From positions 38,068,001-38,132,000 of the forward strand of contig OX597834.1 of the NCBI GenBank assembly GCA_951406725.2: a stretch of 64,000 nt of DNA. Direction: 5' to 3'. This document shows, piece by piece, positions 56,647 through 64,000 of this stretch. This stretch comes from Octopus vulgaris (lineage: Eukaryota). Within the stretch, counting starts at the first letter, position 1. Every line of letters begins with the position of its first letter. The notes below the pieces were generated by a model, which saw only the letters and a list, made by a program, of their open reading frames with translations, ran no database searches and was not told where the DNA came from. The position numbers and the translations under genes are program-made.

Positions 56647-56699
<53 letters not shown>

Positions 56700-56859
56700 T
56701 AATAATAATAATAATAATAATAATATTAATAATAACAATAACAATGATGATGATGATCATGATGATGAGTAATATGTTATAATAATAATAATAATAATAA
56801 TGATAATAATAATAATAATAATGATAATAATAATAATAATATTAATAATAACAATAACA

Positions 56860-56902
<43 letters not shown>

Positions 56903-56911
56903 GTAATATGT

Positions 56912-56978
<67 letters not shown>

Positions 56979-57039
56979 TTAATATTAATAATAACAATAA
57001 CAATGATGATGATGATGATGATGATGATGAGTAATATGT

Positions 57040-57074
<35 letters not shown>

Positions 57075-57078
57075 CAAC

Positions 57079-57149
<71 letters not shown>

Positions 57150-57156
57150 TAACAAT

Positions 57157-57232
<76 letters not shown>
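56625..57232. repeat. (AAT)n/(GAT)n/(AGT)n field with a triplicated composite unit
   Basis: gagtaatatgttataat recurs at about 56767, 56901 and 57028. Confidence 0.92.
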
Positions 57233-57233
<1 letters not shown>

Positions 57234-57536
57234 ACAATGTGAAATTAAATTGAATCCTTTCAGAATGATGAATAGAATATAATTTCATTTGCTCTCTGCC
57301 ATTGAAATGTAAATGTAATCTAGTGAAAATATTATATTGAAAGTTGGAAGATCAAATATTTCTTCAGTGAGCTATATATGGGATCAACTGCTCAAATATG
57401 ATAAGTTCATCAGAAACTTCATAAGAAATTACTTATGATTAAATAACTACTCCTAGACAATTGGTGAATCACAGTGAATTACATTTATGTATATATATGT
57501 GCGTGTGTGTGTGTGTGTATCTATGCATATATGTGT

Positions 57537-57588
<52 letters not shown>

Positions 57589-57663
57589 TTATATATATAT
57601 ATGTATATATGTATATATACACATACATATATAAATATATATATATGTATGTATATATGTATG

Positions 57664-57710
<47 letters not shown>

Positions 57711-57730
57711 ATATATATATATAATTGATA

Positions 57731-57763
<33 letters not shown>

Positions 57764-57809
57764 TGATGGATAGATAGATATTGGTACATATGCGTGTATC
57801 TGCTTTTAC

Positions 57810-57848
<39 letters not shown>

Positions 57849-58272
57849 TATTTATATATATATATTTATACAAAGAGAGAAAGAGAGAGAGACATATACA
57901 TATATATACATACATATATAGAGGGATAGAGACAGAGAGAGACAAAGCAGAGAGAGAAAACAGGGAGAGAAAGATATACACACTTACTGTAGATTAACTG
58001 GAATGATTTATGTTATTTCGCACACGTTTTCATATTTCCGACGAAGGAAAGCTGTTTCTACCTTACAACATCAAACTGAATTTAATGAACACCAGAAGAG
58101 AAAAAAATTAATGTGATATTGCTAAGAAAACAGGAAAGAATCAATATGTGATATTGTTAAGAAGCCCGTCCACCAAATCCAAACTCTGAATCGTCAATAA
58201 CATGATATGATAGTAATTGTTATGATGTTGACTTTCTGCAATGATACAATGTCAATAAAAGAAATGTGTTTG

Positions 58273-58560
58273 GTGGCAAGCTGGCAGAATCGTTAGTACG
58301 CCGGGCGAAATGCTTAGCTGTATTTCGTCCGTTTTTACGTTCTGAGTTCCAATTCTACCGAGGTCAATTTTGCCTTTCGTCCTTTCGAGCACCTGAGTCA
58401 ATGTAATCAGCTTAGTCTCTTCTCCGAAATTACTGGCCTTGTGCCAAAATTTGAAACCAGTAATAGGAATTTGTAAGGAAGTGAAATAGCCAAGAAGTCG
58501 ATCGCTTGGACACGTCTGGTACTTGATTTATTGACCCCTGGGAGGATAAACGCCAAAATG
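58273..58560. mobile_element. SINE A(+) 58273-58460 plus an old SINE A(-) fragment
   Basis: ggcaagctggcagaatcgttagtacgccgggcgaaatgcttagc. Confidence 0.8.
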
Positions 58561-59158
58561 TCCCATTCCCACACTCTCTTTAAATCTGATTCGTTACAAG
58601 AGTAGTGCAGTTTACTTGAAGCATTGCCTGATATAGATAAATGTTTTTCTTTGTTTTGTTTTTTTTTTAAGCCGAAACATAACAATTTTAAGAAATAATG
58701 AGAAGGAAAGAAACCATCTTAATTAGAAAGATCAACTCCCATATTAACAACAGAACCGAACAACATGCAGCTGATTGATGGTTGCTATAGTAACGCAACC
58801 CTGCGCTGCAAAGCATCACTTCATTACACATATCGGAACAGAGAAATCAGCTCAAAATTTCATGTCTCCAAAGATTTCTAAAAAGAGGGAGTCCTAACTC
58901 CGAAATATTGATTTCTTACTATTTCTAAAATGTCCCTGACCTGTTCATTAATAAGGATTCCTAATCATAAATACAAGGAAGGGTGTAGCGTTGGACAAAA
59001 TTGAACCAGTATCTTACAGATTACTTTGTTCGAAACGTTGGGTTTTGGTGCACCACTCAGCAACTAAATTTACCAACACAAACAAAACTCTGGATTTCGT
59101 TACAACTATTGGCAACGCAGGTCTTTACCAGTTTCCTCAGATTCGTGATCACATAGTC

Positions 59159-59238
<80 letters not shown>

Positions 59239-59341
59239 TTACAAATGCATGTATATATGTATATATAGACATATATGTATGCAGTTATATATGTATGCAT
59301 ACATGCATACATACAAACATACACACACACACATACATATA

Positions 59342-59395
<54 letters not shown>

Positions 59396-59467
59396 CTTGC
59401 ATATCAAGTTATATACGAAAATGACATAACGTTAAACTGGAAGATTAATCAATACTATGTTGTAGAG

Positions 59468-59584
59468 TAGATATTAACTTTTACAAGGAAAAGGCTGACA
59501 GTAACTTCGAATTTACTGGCTTTTCATAGAAAGTCGAAACCCCTAAATCACTATCGACCTTTTCCTTGTAAAAGATTATATCTA
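59468..59584. repeat. Short inverted-repeat island between TA-rich tracts
   Basis: tagatattaacttttacaaggaaaagg pairs with ccttttccttgtaaaagattatatcta. Confidence 0.8.
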
Positions 59585-59622
59585 TCTATCCATCTATCTA
59601 TCTTTCTCTATATATATATACA

Positions 59623-59668
<46 letters not shown>

Positions 59669-60831
59669 GTATATGTATGTGTATATATATAAGTGCATGT
59701 GTGTATCTGTATATGTATTCATATATGCATATAGACACATATATACATGCATAAGTATATGTAAGATTTAGTCACTGTTGACTGAGTCGCTATTCAAGTT
59801 TCACTTGTCAATCGCTTGAAGAAGTGGAAACGTGAAACTCGATTAGCGTCTCTCTCAAACTCACCTATGGATAAATCTTATTCCACTCTAATTCACTTTA
59901 TTGAACACTTTTTCGCTTCAGTTCACGTACGCTATGCGAATCATTATAATCCGTAAATAAATATTATATTGCGTACGTATATACATATATGTGTGAGTTT
60001 ACGGATGTAGGTATGCATATGTACGTGTATGTCCGATTATATATAAATTAATGTTTGTATGTATGTATGTATGTATGTATGTATGTATGTATGTATGGAT
60101 GTATGTATGTTCGAGTTACTATCAAATAAAAAAAACTCAAGATGTCATAAAAATGGCCGAGAATAAATATTTATTTATTTTAATGGTTCGTGACAAATTG
60201 CAATCTGTTTCGTTCTGCTGAACTTGTCAACTGAATAACAAGTTGCATTGAACAAGAAGAATATAAAACAATCGGTTTGGAACTGTCTAGAATATATTAG
60301 AGATTGGTCTTTTCTAAACGAGGTGCTCTGTTCCTAAAGATTCAAAACAATACAGATTAAATTGAAAATAAAGATATGTGTGTAAGGTTAGGACCGAGGG
60401 TGGTGCAAAGGACGCACTTTTAGAGAGAGGGGGGAGTAAGAAAAGGGAATAGAAAAAGTGTGGTATGATAGTAAGATTTACATCACTGCATTGACCAGAT
60501 TATTGAGTGTTGTTATACACCGCTAGTCACAATGCACTTTCGAATGATGCGCCAATGACGGTTGGGCCTGTGGGCTTATATCCCTACAGAACTCTAGTTG
60601 ATTAGTGGCTACAATAGCAACGCTATCCAACTTAACACAAACTTCGAACAGAGAAGTCAGCCCACCGCACCATCACTGACCTATACGTAGGTCGCATGTA
60701 TGTTAAAAGCGCGAAACCACTAGGATGTCTTGGACATTGGCTGACGAGGAAATCAGCTGCGAATTTTCCGTCTTCCGTGTTTTTGTCTAATTTTCCATTG
60801 GTTTATGTGTGTGTGTGTACATACACACACA

Positions 60832-60870
<39 letters not shown>

Positions 60871-60877
60871 CGCACAC

Positions 60878-61036
60878 ACACGTGGTTTTGTGGCAAGAAG
60901 TTTACTTCCCAACCATATGGTTCCGGGTTCAGTACCCCTTCGTGGCACTTTGGGCAAACGTCTTCTGTTATAAACTCGGGCCGACCAAAGCTTTTTGAGT
61001 GAATTTAGCTGACGGAAACTAAAAGAAGGCTGTCGT
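60878..61036 (+). mobile_element. SINE family B head
   Basis: cttcccaaccatatggttccgggttcagta...tgggcaa...ctcgggccgaccaaagc. Confidence 0.85.
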
Positions 61037-61038
61037 AG

Positions 61039-61093
<55 letters not shown>

Positions 61094-61287
61094 CATATAT
61101 GTATATATAGATACATATATGCATATATCAGATTTAACCGAGTGGGTATTCAATTTTCATTTGTCAATCTCTTGAAGAAACGGAAAACGAAGACTTAAGT
61201 TGCGATTCTCTCAAACTCATGTAACTGTCAAGAATATATTTCTGTTCCTAAGGATTCAAAACAATACAGATTAATAGTAAAATTTAC

Positions 61288-61541
61288 GTCACTGTATTGA
61301 CCTAACTATCGGATGTTGTTATACACTGCTGACCACAATGTTCTTACGAATGATGCCACAATGGCTGCTAGGCGTGTAGGCTTATACCCCTATTGAACGG
61401 GACGCTAGTCCGTCGCAGGATTACACATTTACAGATGAGTGGGGTGGTTCAAGAAGACAACGCGACGCTGGTCTGGAAATCGAATCACGACCGCAAGATT
61501 GTTTGCACAACAACCCTAACAACTAGACCACCCGCCTTCAC
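61288..61541 (-). mobile_element. SINE family D (tRNA-like head similar to family C, different body and tail); tail fragments at 25680-25780(+) and 60478-60590(-)
   Basis: Minus strand: gtgaaggcgggtggtctagttgttaggg...ttcgatttcc...cctgcgacggactagcgtcccg...cattgtggtcagcagtgtataacaacatccgatag. Confidence 0.65.
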
Positions 61542-62157
61542 AAAATTTACATAAAAATAGAAAATATGTATGAAAAAAAAGAGGTGCAGTAGAGAAAGGG
61601 AAAATTGCAGAAGTAACTCAACTTAGAAGGGATACTGAAAAAGAGAGTGATAAGCAGTAGATAAGGGATTTGTAAAGGAACGAATGTGTTATAATGATAG
61701 GGTCGTATTAAGTCTATCTGTAAAATTGTAAACTGTAGAAAACCTAGGGTCTTCTGTGAATCTTATAAAATATAAATCGGTGAAATACGAAAAAATTACC
61801 ACAGATAATAGCTTCATATATTTACGAAAAATTATCTGATACTCAGTAAGTAAATAAATGGAAGAGGTTCGGGGAATAAAATGATGTATTAGCAAGCGAT
61901 GGGTTTAAATATATATATTTCAATAGAGATTATCTTCGAAAAGATAAGAAGGAAGAAGTAGAAGCCCAAATGAAATGTAAATATGTATTTAAATACACAC
62001 GCACCCAAGCATATACATAGAATTACATGCATATATACATATAAACATATATATATATACAGTAATATATGTATATACATACATGCATGAGTGTTTGTGT
62101 GTGTAAAGAGAGAGAGGTCTACATATGAAAACACGAATGAACAGAGAAAGATAGAGG

Positions 62158-62197
<40 letters not shown>

Positions 62198-62294
62198 CAT
62201 GTATACAATATGTGCATAGATATAAATATATGTATACATGTGTGTGTGTGTGTACGTAGGCGCGTGTATGTACACACATATATGTATGTATAAA

Positions 62295-62350
<56 letters not shown>

Positions 62351-62353
62351 TAC

Positions 62354-62425
<72 letters not shown>

Positions 62426-62515
62426 ATATACATATGCATACCTCTCGCTTTCTGTGTGTACGCTACGCATGTACGTGTACATAAATATGCACACACAAAC
62501 ACCCACAGACACAGG

Positions 62516-62565
<50 letters not shown>

Positions 62566-63002
62566 AACACACACACAAATTATCTAAAGTTTTGTGCGTT
62601 GTGAGAGATAAATAGAACATGATTTGTAAAAAGAAAAAGAGAAAAAATCAAGAAAAACAATTGGCAGGGTAGAAAACAATAAAAAAATATATAAACGACA
62701 ATGGTGCGATACAAAAGAAAATATGATAACTGCAATAAATAATAAATAATTATCGTACAAATTAGATACTTTGAGAAGCGAGAAAGATATCACAGTGATA
62801 TATATATATAAAAGGGTTGCTTGGCTGTAAAAAGGCTTATATTTAGAAATGGTATTATACTGTTTAAAAATATCTAAAAACTTGAGATTACAAATCGCAA
62901 GATGGAACAAAGGGTCAGCGTGTGAGAGAATTTACCAGCAAGGAAACCTATGCAAAACAGTAAATGTAATTAGGGGTTTGTGGGTGGGGGGTGTTTTAAT
63001 AC

Positions 63003-64000
<998 letters not shown>

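Overview
AT-rich, microsatellite-saturated eukaryotic DNA. The repeat families look like those of octopus (inference from sequence style, not verified). I find no host protein-coding exon, rRNA, tRNA or CRISPR array, so the window reads as intronic or intergenic. Nearly all supplied ORFs are translations of (TA)n, (CA)n, (TATG)n, (TAGA)n and trinucleotide repeats. Recognisable content: at least five SINE-like families (about 35 copies or fragments), decayed Penelope-like (GIY-YIG) fragments, an interrupted RLE-type non-LTR reverse-transcriptase fragment, maT/Tc1-mariner transposase remnants, three hAT MITEs, a non-autonomous Helitron, a 185-bp solo-LTR-like insert and several satellites. The most interesting signal is a set of minimal hammerhead-ribozyme motifs in small islands, most of them beside (TA)n tracts. 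One has a fully intact core (41991-42048) and three other families share an extra nucleotide after CUGANGA. Other notable structures are long fold-back palindromes, a SINE subfamily whose target duplications begin with GGT, and a tandem array built from a SINE head. All alignments and folds were done by eye; family names A-E are my own labels.
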